From the NCBI GenBank assembly GCA_022813965.1, contig JALDZS010000132.1, positions 1 through 64,000 of the forward strand: 64,000 bases of DNA, given 5' to 3'. Of this stretch, positions 37,503-49,001 are shown in pieces. Position 1 is the stretch's first letter. The number at the start of each line of letters is the position of its first letter. Source of the stretch: Toensbergia leucococca. Its lineage: Eukaryota. The translations under genes and the position numbers were made by a program. The notes under the pieces were generated by a model. It was not told the DNA's origin. It ran no database searches and saw nothing but the letters and a program-made list of their open reading frames with translations.

Positions 37503-38783
37503 ATGTACGCATCAGCAAAGACGACAATACCCTCCCTTGCCACCAGACAATCTGGGGTAAAGCTCTCAAAAGTTGTACATGGCTTCATTGATGTTTCCAA
37601 GGCCGGAGTATCCAGGCCATGTTATAGCTGCCTCTTTGTTCAACCTCGTGCTTCCACTAAGAGACATTTCACTTCCACAGCTCCGACCCAAATCAAGGAG
37701 TTCTTCCCCCCGCCAGCAAATGCACCAAACATCAAGTTGACGCGTCCAGCATGGCACCATCCTGTGTAAGTTGTTCCTCTCTCGCGGTCTGAGCTCCTAT
37801 TTATATGCATGCGCCCCCCTTCTATACAAGACCTTGCCATTTGTCACGGCCTTAGTATTAAGTAAACTATCTCAAGCGACTAATACAGTCTCCCTTTAGG
37901 TATACCGAAGATCAGATGAACGCCATTAAAATTGCCCACAGAGAAACCAAAAACTGGTCTGATTGGTTGGCCCTTTCTATGGTTCGGATCATGCGATGGG
38001 GTATGGACACTGCTACCGGCTACCGTCATGACAATGAAGTGGCCAAGGGAAAGAAAGACCCCGCACTTAGCAACAGACAGAACTATCGGACTATGACTGA
38101 GAGGAAATGGCTCGTCCGGATGGTTTTCCTAGAAAGTGTCGCGGGTGTACCAGGTATGGTCGCTGCCTCACTGCGGCATCTACACAGTTTACGCCGTATG
38201 CAGAGGGATAATGGATGGTAGATATTGCAGGAAAGCTCATGTCTAATGTATGTGAGCTGACTCTTCATATAGGATTGAGACTCTCCTTGAAGAAGCGTAC
38301 AATGAGCGCATGCATCTATTGACGTTCCTGAAGATGGCTGAGCCTGGTTGGTTCATGAAGATGATGATCATTGGAGCACAAGGTGTCTTTTACAACGGCA
38401 TGTTCTTGTCCTATCTCATATCGCCTCGGATCTGTCACCGCTTCGTGGGCTACCTTGAGGAAGAAGCAGTTCTCACGTACACTCGAGCCATTGCCGACAT
38501 CGACGCTGGTATGCTTCCCAAATGGGAAAAGCTTGAAGCACCAGAGATTGCAATTAGATACTGGAACATGCCAGAAGGCCATCGGATGATGCGAGATCTT
38601 CTGCTCTACATTCGAGCAGACGAGGCGAAGCACAGAGAGGTGAATCATACCCTAGGAAACCTAGAACAGAAGGAGGACCCCAATCCGTTTGTGAGCGAGT
38701 ACGAGGACCCATCTAGACCTCATCCAAGTAAAGGAATTGAGAATATCAAGCCGACAGGCTGGGAGAGAAATGAGGTGATTTAG
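37503..38783 (+). CDS. AOX: Mitochondrial alternative oxidase; introns ~37766-37899 and ~38218-38272
   Basis: [57 protein letters not shown] di-iron motifs. Confidence 0.97.
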
Positions 38784-39549
38784 GTTGGATATGAATTTGT
38801 CTCAAGGTTTAGCGAAGGCGTCTTGGATTGAACACTCCTTTCTGGGTTGAGATGGGTTATGGATTGGCTCAGCTGGGTATTCAATCCCGACCATTGTGAT
38901 GTATGATAGTGTGAAGTTTATCCTGAGCATAGGCTTAAATGATGAGCTGAGAAGCTTGGGGCGAGTACGCAATCCCTAAAGTCCAATCCTTGCTCCTGGC
39001 TGTCGAATTATGTTCTGGTCGGTTCAAATTACTTCATTATCAATTTATCCCTGTGTGCTGGCGGTTGTGCTTGTGCTTGCTCTTCTCCTGGCTTTACTGC
39101 GTAAACAGAGGCCCTCGCATCTCTGCTTTTGCTTCAAAATATTTTGACACTTGAGAAGCAAAACATAGGCCAAACTAGACATAGTTTGAGTTTGATATGA
39201 GAAGCTTTGAGTGCTCAAGAGGATCTTTGTAGCATATAAATGTACTCTATGAGCTACGTAGCACTCTGGCTTTCGTAGAGACTCACCCTCCAACTGTCTC
39301 TGATTGCGAGAAAGAATAGACTTCGAGAACTCGGAGATGTGACTCGACGTCAGGATGTTCTCAAACGTGGACCGCAGAGCCTCTGAGAAGTCCTCGATTA
39401 CATCCATGCGACGGACCGAGGGACTAGCATTGGCGTTTTGCGTCACCCAGCTCGCTCGCTAAATCAAGCTGCCAAGCTTCCGACCCTCGGACCAAGAACT
39501 TCTCTTGATGGAACACTGACGACTTAATTTGATCTACGAGGAACTTACC

Positions 39550-40743
39550 ATGCAAGCGATTCAGCAAAACGAACCCACACTCTCAGACTTCAGTACTCGC
39601 CTAGCCAAGCGACGGAAATTCTATCGTAAGCGTACGGATGATGGAAACGACATAGAAGATGAAACTATCCATGCGGTATCAAACGTTGGTACCGCAACGA
39701 CGCCTCTCACCATAGACGAGCTTCTATCGAGACACGGACACATATCAGATGCCGATGAACGTCCAAGCGATGGAGACACCCAACTTTCGGTAGCCGAGAT
39801 TCTACGACGACGTAAAGCTACACAGCGACGAAGGGGAGGCATTGAATTTACAAACGCCGGCGCTGATACTAAAATTTCCTCGAATGTAACGCGGACAATC
39901 GATACATCTGCCGACAATGAAGATACCCTGTCGGAGACCAAGACAGTGGTTAATCGCTTTGCCCCCCAAACGGGTCAGGTAGCTGACGTGAATAAGCACA
40001 TGTAGGCCTGCCCATCTGTCATGGTATCACCAACCTTCTAGATGCAGATACTAAAGTAGTAAGGATGGCATACATAGATTCCGAATTGGCTAAGCGTCGT
40101 CAAGGCCATGATACATCTTCTTTTACATCAAATGGACAAAGTATTGAGGGACTGTCACTCGGTGGGACTCTGATCGATGCTGGGATACACAAACAGCCTG
40201 CCGCGTTAGGGAAACTGCATGAGATTGATCTTGGCCCTGATGCTACACTCAAGAATATTGCGAGGACAGAGGCTGCTCAGAGGAGATTGGAAGGTGGGGA
40301 GGTTGAAATGGAGGAGAGGACTGGAAAGGTCCGGCTGAGGAAGGATGGGAAACCTTGGCGGGTAAGGAGGCGGAGGAATAGTGAGGACATCAAGAGAGAC
40401 AAGCTGGTGGAGGAAGTTATGAAAGAGAGTAGACGTATGTCAATCCATTTTCTGACCAGCTAGGGAGATTCTTGCTGACCCGCACCCACAAACAGTCGAA
40501 ATATACGATGAGCCAGAGGTGGAACTCGTAAACGACGATCAGGCTGCCGACGACCGTATTGCCGAGCAGTTCAGACGCGAGTTCTTGGATGCGATCTCGT
40601 CTCGTAGAAAACGTACCAGTACCGCTACGAAGGCGGCCAAGGGCGCCAAGGTCGACGATAGACCCAAAGGGCCGAAGTTGGGCGGAAGCAGGAGTGCACG
40701 AGCGGCGATGCGGGAGCAACAGGAGAAAGCTGCTAAGAAGTAG
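39550..40743 (+). CDS. Tls1 / C9orf78 (HCA59)-like spliceosome-associated protein; 3 exons
   Basis: RFAPQTGQVADVNKHM|MAYIDSEL, GKLHEIDLGPDATLKNIARTE, RRRNSEDIKRD, AADDRIAEQFRREF. Confidence 0.75.
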
Positions 40744-41255
40744 TTGATTTAAGTATACGCTAAGCCCGACTGCTTTCCTGGGAGCATTTTTTTGACATTG
40801 TTTTCGTGGGTCATTGCACGCCGTTGGAGGCAGTGAACAGGTGTTCTGGTCTATTGAAAGCCTTGCAAACGCTTTGAGAGGAGCAAATGACAGGTAGGTA
40901 GTCAATAGATGGTTAAGACGTTTGAAAAATCGTAAAAACTCCACTCTGCGAAATCTTTCGACATGGGCGCCTGACTACAGTACACAACCCTTAGAATTCC
41001 CGGAGAGCCTAGCCAGACAGCAATTAAGGACATACCTTACTCTGAAATCAACGGCAGGTAAGCGATTATTGCGATGTATTTAGCCGCTTCGCCTTCAACC
41101 GCTGAGAATGGAAGCTGAGGCTGGGGCTTTTGAGATAAGAGTATTCATGGTAGAGCACGCCTGATTATAGAATAAGCTTTGTTCTAGATGAAGACTTATA
41201 TCTTCCTATATGAACCATATTCCAGTCCTTTGTGCTTCCAACTGATACATACCTA

Positions 41256-42131
41256 TCATAGAACTTCCGTATTATACGCGCGTCTAGACAAGATAGGATG
41301 TAATGAATCCTGACTCGATTCCAGCGCCGTTCCTAACCTGTCAGGTCGTTGCAGTCCTTGGCTCTCCCAGCGCTGCATCCCCAACTTAAACAGCTCAGGC
41401 TGTTTCTCCCTTCTATACATGGGATACGTCTTCCCTCGCTTCTGCCGACTCTCCATCGTCTCATTCAGCCTCGCCTCCCCGTCTACGTCTGCCATGAAAT
41501 CCTCCTCGAAAGCATAGGACCTGGTCTCGCCATTATACCAGCCCGTGCCGGGATATTGATACGAGTCCTCCCAATCATCGGTGAAATAATGTAAGTAGCC
41601 TCCGTGCGTGACCAGGATAACTTGGGCGTCTATATCGCCGTTCCTAACCAGCGCGCGAATTTTCTGGCGCAGAAGGATTCGAGCGTCACGGGCGCGGGCC
41701 TTGATGGCGCTACTGTGCGGGCTGTAGCGATTCTCCAGGGTCTTGACGTTCCAGCCATCCTTGACAAGGGAGAGGTCGACAGGCCAGTGATTCTCGGCTA
41801 CAATGCTGCGGAGTGAGGATGGGTCAGAGCCTATGTCGCATGGTTCATCTGAAGTTTCTTGGGCATCCGGGAGGGCGAGGATCTGAGGTGGGCACTTAAT
41901 GTTGGACGTGAGAGCCGGGCTGAATGCCAGAAATGCGGTGTGAAGTGTTCGGCAGAGTGGGGAGGCAGTGATGAGCGAGATATTCGACTGGTCTGGGAAG
42001 GAGGTGTTCCGAAGAATTTCACACTGCTCTTCACCTAGAGGAGTTAGGCAGGGGTCTCGAAAGGAGTAGAACCCGGCTCCCAGGTTGTGAAAGCCTTGCC
42101 CATGGCGAACGCAGTGAATAATTGGTGCCAT
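41256..42131 (-). CDS. Histidine phosphatase / phosphoglycerate-mutase family protein
   Basis: IHCVRHGQGFHN, DPCLTPLGEEQC, ASPLCRTLHT, AQETSDEPCDIGS, LVTHGGYLH. Confidence 0.9.
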   Translation of the reverse strand: MAPIIHCVRHGQGFHNLGAGFYSFRDPCLTPLGEEQCEILRNTSFPDQSNISLITASPLCRTLHTAFLAFSPALTSNIKCPPQILALPDAQETSDEPCDIGSDPSSLRSIVAENHWPVDLSLVKDGWNVKTLENRYSPHSSAIKARARDARILLRQKIRALVRNGDIDAQVILVTHGGYLHYFTDDWEDSYQYPGTGWYNGETRSYAFEEDFMADVDGEARLNETMESRQKRGKTYPMYRREKQPELFKLGMQRWESQGLQRPDRLGTALESSQDSLHPILSRRAYNTEVL

Positions 42132-43171
42132 GCTGGATCGAGTAGAAGTAAATCAAACAATCTCGAACGCAGTAAACAAATTGAATGTACACGAGGGATT
42201 TTCTGGCAATCAAAGTCTTGACTGGAAAGTAATAAGATTGTTATGGAGGCACACCGAAGGAGAAAATTGGAAATCACTCAGAGAAGAGTGGACATCACTC
42301 GGAGGAACAGCAGGAAAGACGCCCGCCGTAACTTGGGTTGAAAGCACTGTTTGAACGAGGGCATTGAAGCGTCTTGATGTAACGCAGCTAAGTGTTAAGA
42401 GGGCGAAAGCCGAAAGATGTGCTGGCCAGCCAAAACCAGGGAAACAGAAGGTTGAATACAGCTCCTTTGCCAGATCCCTGTGAGTGAGCCATTTCCAGCT
42501 CCTGGGAACATGCCGCGACCAATGGTGCTTTATCTGGTGTGCCTTCAGATCCGACGACAGATTTCCGATGCGTGCATTATCTGATCCGCCAAATTCAATC
42601 TCCACAACACGTGAGTTCCTTTCCCCTCTATTAGCATCTGACGTCAAGTCACTTTTACATGATGCCTGTAGAACTTGCCGAGTTCTGAATCGACAGAAGG
42701 TAAGCCTGTAAGCACCTGAGCAACGTTACCATCGACGGCCAGGCCATCTTGGTCGGCAACGCCTGTGTACGCGGGGAACAATGATTGTGAGCCAGGGGCA
42801 AAGGGGAATAGTGTGTGGTATTCTGTACGGACTGTGGTATTCTCGTCGCAGAAGGGGGGCAGTAGTGCGATATCGTTCACATTCACGGTGAGTAATGGCG
42901 GCATGGGGAATGTGCCGATGCTGTTGAATGGATTAGTTTGTTGTACGGATACATTGAGAGATATCGATATCCTAAACAGGCAGCCAAGACGCAGTTGCGG
43001 TTGCCTTAGCGCCCACTGCCCCCCAGACCATCAAGCTGTCTAAGCGCCTTTGGGTTAGCTGCCTCTGCTACACGCGCTGCTGGCAAAGCTACATTACCCC
43101 CTCTCGATTACCTAGGTACCTTACGCTTTGCAGGAATGGTCAAGTGTTAGAATGTTAGAATCTTCGCTACT

Positions 43172-43380
43172 CCGAACGTCGTCCTTATTTCCCAAGACAA
43201 GTCAGATCACTGGCATGAAGAAACCCTTCAACAATTGAATTCATCTTTCAAACTCATCACCATTTTAGCTGAGCCCACCACTATGAAGAGAATCAGAGGA
43301 TGCAAGTCCTACGCATCCCCTGAACTGACAGCGATGGGGACTATATCCTAGTGAACGGAAATATTTTAGCCTCTCAAGCG
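43172..43380 (+). pseudogene. Degenerate partial copy of the beta-lactamase-like gene (source 31692-31845) with a ~55-nt insertion
   Basis: Direct alignment: 15 differences over the first 131 nt. Similarity resumes after the insertion (gaaatattttagcctctcaagcg vs gaaatactttagcacctcaagcg). Confidence 0.9.
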
Positions 43381-43572
43381 CTCAACCATTTCTGCAGCGT
43401 CATTTTTGACCCACTTATACTTGAGCAGACTTTGCAAAATTGAATTGTCATAAAATTGGGACAACTGGTTTCCCTACAACGTTTCTTGCGGATCAGTATG
43501 AAATCATACCAAGTGAATATACTTATAGTTGACATACTTCGCAACACATTTGTCTCTTCAAGAATTTGAGGT

Positions 43573-44861
43573 ATGACATGTCGCGAGGATTCACATTTGA
43601 ACGTGGGATCTGTCAAATCAGAAGAGGACTGTTCCTTGGAGTCAGGAGATGACAGCGTACTTAGAAAAGCGCACCTCCTCATACCACCTTCGCTTGGCAC
43701 TTCCCGAACTGACGGCGTTTTCGTTGATGATCTCGGTCCAAAGAGAGCGAAAGTGACCTTCAGCGTTCATGTCCGGGTCAGGAAATACCATCCCGACGGC
43801 GGCTCCATAATACGCCAGAAAGCGAGGCCGGTGTGTGTTATTCTAACGGGAGATGAATAGCCACCCATATGCATCGAGAAGAGCGACCCATATCACGAGC
43901 TTTCCTATGTGAAGGATGTGTTTCAAAGGCCTCCAATCATCGGCAAAGCTGTTGGCCGCCTCGTAGCCAATACAGCAGAGCTACCCTGATCAAATTTGAC
44001 CCATCCATGTGAAGGTGCAGGAAACATTTCAACATTGACAGCATCTATGGACCTGCGATTTTAGCCTGCAAGTCAGGGAGAGTCGCCTCCGCGGCTAGAC
44101 TCGATCACGATCAAGCTACATTCCTCCACCTTCTTCGGAACGTCGCCCTGCGAGATAATCTCCAGGCCGGGTGACTCCCACGAGGATTGTGCGGAACGTA
44201 CTCAATACATGAATACAACTCGGCTGGGAAAATGCATCCTAAAGGGCGTGGGTATGGGCGAGACAAGAACCCACAGCAATTGCAGCAAAGCAGAATCGAT
44301 GCAACACCGTCTGAGCTCAGAAGCGGCTGCCATATCCGTATCTCCTACACCTATAAGCATCGATGACGACCAATTCTCATACTACACAACGTCCCTTGAA
44401 ACCCGAATACGACTCCCTTGATACACCTTCAAGCAATTGAAACAGAAGTTCTCCACGCCGACTTTCGGCTCCTGTATCATGTCGCGCGCGTACAGTCTTG
44501 AGCTTAAACTCTCATACAAGGCTTCATCCGTGACTTCAGATGAATTACTAAACGATATTACCGCCTCACGTTCAATAGCAAGATACCTGACCCCTCGGTC
44601 GCACTTGGTTCTCAGAATACCCTTCTGATCCGCCTTAGATCCGGACCGTCTTCTTCCCCGAGAGCGTTGGTACCGCAGAATCATGTCTTGTGTGACCGGG
44701 AAGGAGGCCAGCTTGATGAGGATTTGGACAATCTGGCTGCTGAACAACGACCTTCGACATACTCCGTACACACCTGTCTTTCGGCTAAGATGAAGCTCAA
44801 ATCCAAAGTCAATCATTCTTTGCTCTCAAGATGTCCAAACCCCCTGGATAACAATAGCTGA
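43573..44861 (+). pseudogene. Pseudogene of a fungal arrestin-like (arrestin-N/Bul1-type) protein
   Basis: One frame 43573-44628 gives HLLIPPSLG..DDLGP..VTFSVHVRV..GDE*PP..GRLVA..LP*..MDLRF*P..PPRLDSITIKL..TFFG..IRLP*..KFSTPTFGSCIMSRAYSLELKLS, with stops at 43858, 43987, 44062 and 44419. A possible decayed PY motif (RPSTYS) follows in another frame. Confidence 0.7.
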
Positions 44862-45370
44862 AACAATTGCCAAATTTTCCAAGTCCGCTTCTAGCCAAGT
44901 TTTCGTTCGCTCAACATGGAGGCATAACGAGGGAGCAAGGCTCATTTAAGGTTTGATGTCCCTGCGGCCTCGAGCCAATTACAAGGTAATGCCGGCCCTC
45001 GATTAGAGCTATTCCAAAATAGGCAGCCAAGACACTAGACTCGCAGGCAGTGTTTGATATCAGGGTTGCAAATTCTCCCACGAAGAACGATTACCACCAT
45101 GTCAGTACAGACGCTGACCTATCTCTCTGACAAATGTCCGCACAAGATTTGAAAGAGCTCATGGATCCGACGCGTCTCTGCCCCGATCCACACATTACAT
45201 CGAATAGCACCATGGTCGCCTTCCATTTCTATCGTTCCACGGCTCTGTCCTTCAATATGCTTTCTGACGTAATGTTACAAATCATGCTGTTGTCGAGATT
45301 TTTCAAGCTGATATATAAGTTTCTCTCCCCTGAAACTTGCAGACTTTGAAATCTCTACTATCAACTATAT

Positions 45371-47101
45371 ATGTGCCGCCAGTGGTCATCGAGCAGCCTG
45401 ATCATGCCACGTACTCTGTCCCCCTCGATGCCCGCTCTGACTTTGAGCGATACCTCATGGGTATCTCCTCTTCCATCAAGGAGCCGAAGCCTCAGCGGCT
45501 CAGCTTCAAACGTCGTTGCCGCGGCTGGCAGAACTCCCTCACCACACGCTGACGAGAAGAACACATTCGAAGCCCTTACCGAAGAATCATTACAAGTCCG
45601 AATCGAGCGTCTCGGCCGTGAACGCCCTCCCACCTTCGCCACCCTCTGGGGCGAAATCTCCTTTGTTTTCAGCATCACCATGTCTCAATTTCTAACCGAA
45701 TACTTTGTCTCAGGCTTTACCGTCATCCTACCAACTTTGATCAGAGAGCTTGATATCCCACAGGCATCCAGCGTGTGGCCCGCTACCGCATTTTCTCTCG
45801 TTATCGCTAGCACTCTACTCGTATTTGGCCGCCTCGGTGATATGTGGGGAGGCTATCCCGTCTTCTTGTGGGGCCTCGCATGGCTTCTCACCTGGAGTAT
45901 TATCGCTGGATTCAGTATTAATCCACTTATGCTAGACTTCTGCCGAGCTCTCCAAGGTTTAGGAGCCGCTGCCTTTCTCCCTACAGGAGTCATGCTCATG
46001 GGCTCCCTCTATCGGCCCGGACCGCGAAAAAATCTCGTTTTCGCGATTTACGGCACTTCAGCAGTCTTCGGTTTCTTCGGGGGTATTTTCGTCGCGGGTC
46101 TCGTTGGCCAGTTCCTGCGCTGGGGTTTTTATTTCTGGATCGGCGGTATCCTTACAGGTATCACGCTAATAACCTCGACTTTTTCCATCCCATACTCTCG
46201 ATCGGAGAAATCGTCCCCAAGCAAGGTTAAAATGGACTACCCCGGCGCCCTCACCATCGTCTCCGGCCTCACCCTTACCGTCTTCGGCATCACTCAATCC
46301 GCACACGCTCCTTCGGGGTGGCAAACACCATACATCCCCGTATGCTTTACTCTCGGCCTATTCTCCCTCTTCTCTGCCGTCTACATAGAAACGTACATCT
46401 CCCCACACCCGCTCCTACCCGCCTCAATTTTCATTACTCCCTCTATGACGCCTCTCCTCCTTGCTCTCTTCCTCCTCTACGGCACCTGGGGCATCTTCTC
46501 CGTCTACGGAACCCTCTACTTTCAAGACATCATGTCCGCCACTCCTCTTCAAGTCGTCGCGTGGTACGCCCCCCTCGGCGTTGCCGGACTCCTCCTCAGT
46601 ATACTCGAGGGCTTCATCCTCCACTTAGTCCCCGGAAGGGTTCTCCTAATAATCTCCGGCCTAGGCGCAGTGGGTTCGCAACTCCTCCTTGCCCTCATGC
46701 CGCTGGCAGGGGCGAACTACTGGGCATGGATCTTCCCCGCCACAATCCTCAGCACCATCGGCATCGACCTCTCCACCATTTTAATGACAGTCTTCATAAC
46801 CACTACGTTTCCCACCGCACAGCAGGGGCTGGCGGGGGGCGTGATCAATTCCGTGTTGCAGCTGGGTGTAGCGCTTTGTCTTGGGCTGACCGATATCATT
46901 CAGTCGGCGACGGTTGAGGAGGTGGGGCTGGCAAGGAGTTACAAGAACACGTTCTGGTTTGGCGTTGGTGCGGGAGCGGTGAGTTTGGTAGTGATGGGGG
47001 CCTGGGGGAGGGTGCCGAAGGCTAAGAGTGATTTGACTGCGGATGAGAAGGGGGAGGAGCAGGGACGGGGGTTTAGCGGAGACGGTGTTGTGAGCGTGTG
47101 A
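45371..47101 (+). CDS. MFS drug:H+ antiporter (DHA2, Atr1-like)
   Basis: Motif A FGRLGDMWG, motif B CRALQGLG, about 14 hydrophobic segments, QQGLAGGVINSVLQLG. The start may be the ATG at 45404. Confidence 0.92.
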   Translation: MCRQWSSSSLIMPRTLSPSMPALTLSDTSWVSPLPSRSRSLSGSASNVVAAAGRTPSPHADEKNTFEALTEESLQVRIERLGRERPPTFATLWGEISFVFSITMSQFLTEYFVSGFTVILPTLIRELDIPQASSVWPATAFSLVIASTLLVFGRLGDMWGGYPVFLWGLAWLLTWSIIAGFSINPLMLDFCRALQGLGAAAFLPTGVMLMGSLYRPGPRKNLVFAIYGTSAVFGFFGGIFVAGLVGQFLRWGFYFWIGGILTGITLITSTFSIPYSRSEKSSPSKVKMDYPGALTIVSGLTLTVFGITQSAHAPSGWQTPYIPVCFTLGLFSLFSAVYIETYISPHPLLPASIFITPSMTPLLLALFLLYGTWGIFSVYGTLYFQDIMSATPLQVVAWYAPLGVAGLLLSILEGFILHLVPGRVLLIISGLGAVGSQLLLALMPLAGANYWAWIFPATILSTIGIDLSTILMTVFITTTFPTAQQGLAGGVINSVLQLGVALCLGLTDIIQSATVEEVGLARSYKNTFWFGVGAGAVSLVVMGAWGRVPKAKSDLTADEKGEEQGRGFSGDGVVSV

Positions 47102-47480
47102 AAAGGGTCTCTTGTGTAGTTTGCAGGATGCGGAAGACGTGGATCGGAAAATTTGTGAATACATACTAGGGGGATGCTGAGAGCAATCTAAGTCTATGAT
47201 AGAACACAACATTACACATTGGATTCCGACGTGGTATATGTACTTGCCCATATGTTATAAGATGAGCCAATCAATACCCCTCCCTCTCAAATCCCCAATC
47301 CAATCCCCGTCTCCCTTCCTCACCTTCAGTAGAGATTCTTGCCTGTTCACCACCACCCCACTCCTCCTCCCCACCCAAATCCTCTCCAACGCCCCCAACG
47401 CCCCTCGGAGAGAGGGTGGTGTGCTGGTGGTATCTGAGAATGACAAAGCGCCAAGACTCGACTCCGGCTTGCCAAGGCTT

Positions 47481-47517
47481 TCGCGTGACGTATTATAGTC
47501 ACAACGCGGCAGCGCGT
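47481..47517. promoter_or_regulatory. Cluster of three CGCG (MCB-like) cores upstream of UNG1
   Basis: tcgcgt (47481), acgcgg (47504), gcgcgt (47512). Fits MBF-type G1/S control of DNA-repair genes (inference). Confidence 0.4.
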
Positions 47518-47629
47518 CTTCGACTCCTCTCGAGGTAATCTGCGTGAACGAACCAAATATCTTCTCCCCTGAAATCAAGCGCTGAACTTTAAGCTGTCGT
47601 TCCATCGTTCCATCCTCCGCCGGGCTCTA

Positions 47630-48688
47630 ATGGCGACCAATACCAAGCGCAAAGCAGTCGACCTCGCAGCATCCGACGCGAAAAAGCCAAAAGCCAACGG
47701 TAGCATCACCTCCTTCTTCGGCGCTCCCAAGAATGTCTCAGGCACCTCTGCCACCTCTCCCGCCGTGCCCACCCCGGCTGTCAAGTTTGACAAGGAAAAG
47801 TGGGTTGAGAAACTTACGGATGAGCAGAAGCTGCTGCTGAAGCTGGAGATTGAGACGCTGCATGAGAGCTGGCTGGCGCATTTGAAGGACGAGGTTCTCA
47901 GTAAGGAATTCCTGGATCTGAAGAGATTCTTGAAGAAGGAAGGCGAGGAAGGGAGGCAGATCTTCCCGCCTTTGGAGGACGTGTACTCATGGTACAAGCT
48001 CCCACATATCCTACTGCCGTTCGAAGACTCTCACTGACACCAGTCCCCGACAGGTCCCGACACACCCCCCTCAACACCGTCAAAGTCGTCATCATCGGCC
48101 AAGACCCCTACCACAACCTCAACCAAGCCCACGGTCTCTGCTTCTCCGTTCGCGCCCCCATCCCCGCGCCACCCTCCCTGAAAAACATTTACATAGCCCT
48201 CAAAAACGACTACCCTACTTTCACCCCGCCGCCCAAGAACGGCGGCCTCCTCACCCCATGGGCAGACCGCGGAGTCCTCCTTCTCAACACCTGTCTCACG
48301 GTGCGCGCGCACGAGGCAAATAGCCATGCGAATCACGGGTGGGAGAAGTTCACGCAAAAAGTCATTGATACGGTGGTGAAAGTGCGGACGAGGGGCGTGG
48401 TATTTCTGGCTTGGGGAAAGCCGGCGGGGCAGAGGGTTACCAAGGTAGACAAGGGGAAACATTGCATTTTGCAGAGTGTGCATCCCAGTCCATTGAGCGC
48501 TAGCAGAGGTTTTGTGAGTTTTTCTTTTGAGGGCTTTGGAGCTGGCGTGAGAGGTCGTTGCTGACTAGAGATTGTAGTTTGAGTGTGGACATTTTAAGAA
48601 GGCGAATGCTTGGTTGAGGGGGAGGTATGGGGAGGAGGGGGAGATTGATTGGAATCTTGGTGTTCCTGCTGTTGAGGCCGGAGTTTGA
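47630..48688 (+). CDS. UNG1: Uracil-DNA glycosylase family 1; introns ~47992-48053 and ~48514-48577
   Basis: VKVVIIGQDPYH, AHGLCFSV, PPSLKNIY, GVLLLN, HPSPLSA, then FECGHFKKANAWL...IDW. N-terminal PIP-like GSITSFF. Confidence 0.97.
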
Positions 48689-49001
48689 GAAGCTAGGGCA
48701 GTGGCTTTGGATCATGGTCTGGATACATATGGGTGAGCTCTCAGTACATTTCCTTCGGTTTTGCCTCCATGGCTTTTGCGTGTCGCTCAGTTTGTGATGG
48801 ACCAAAGCTTCCCGGACAAAAGCATTTATCTTTGTATATAGCTCTTGGCATTTCCGAAGCTTGATTATGTTGATCAACCACTTGTATTAGCGTCGTGAAA
48901 GCTGTATGTCATTTGCGGTAACTAGGATGGTGTATAAAAGAACTTGATATCGATAGTACTCAGACTGCACACCTTCTATTGCAACCTGAACCCCATCGGT
49001 C

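Noticed and set aside
42210..42904. Possible small gene on the minus strand
   Set aside because: No recognisable family, and the plausible splice leads quickly to stops.
43858..44421. Premature stops rescued by A-to-I editing or readthrough
   Set aside because: Four stops, half of them TGA, at positions that look like Gln/Arg rather than Trp, plus a decayed 5' end. A pseudogene is the simpler explanation.
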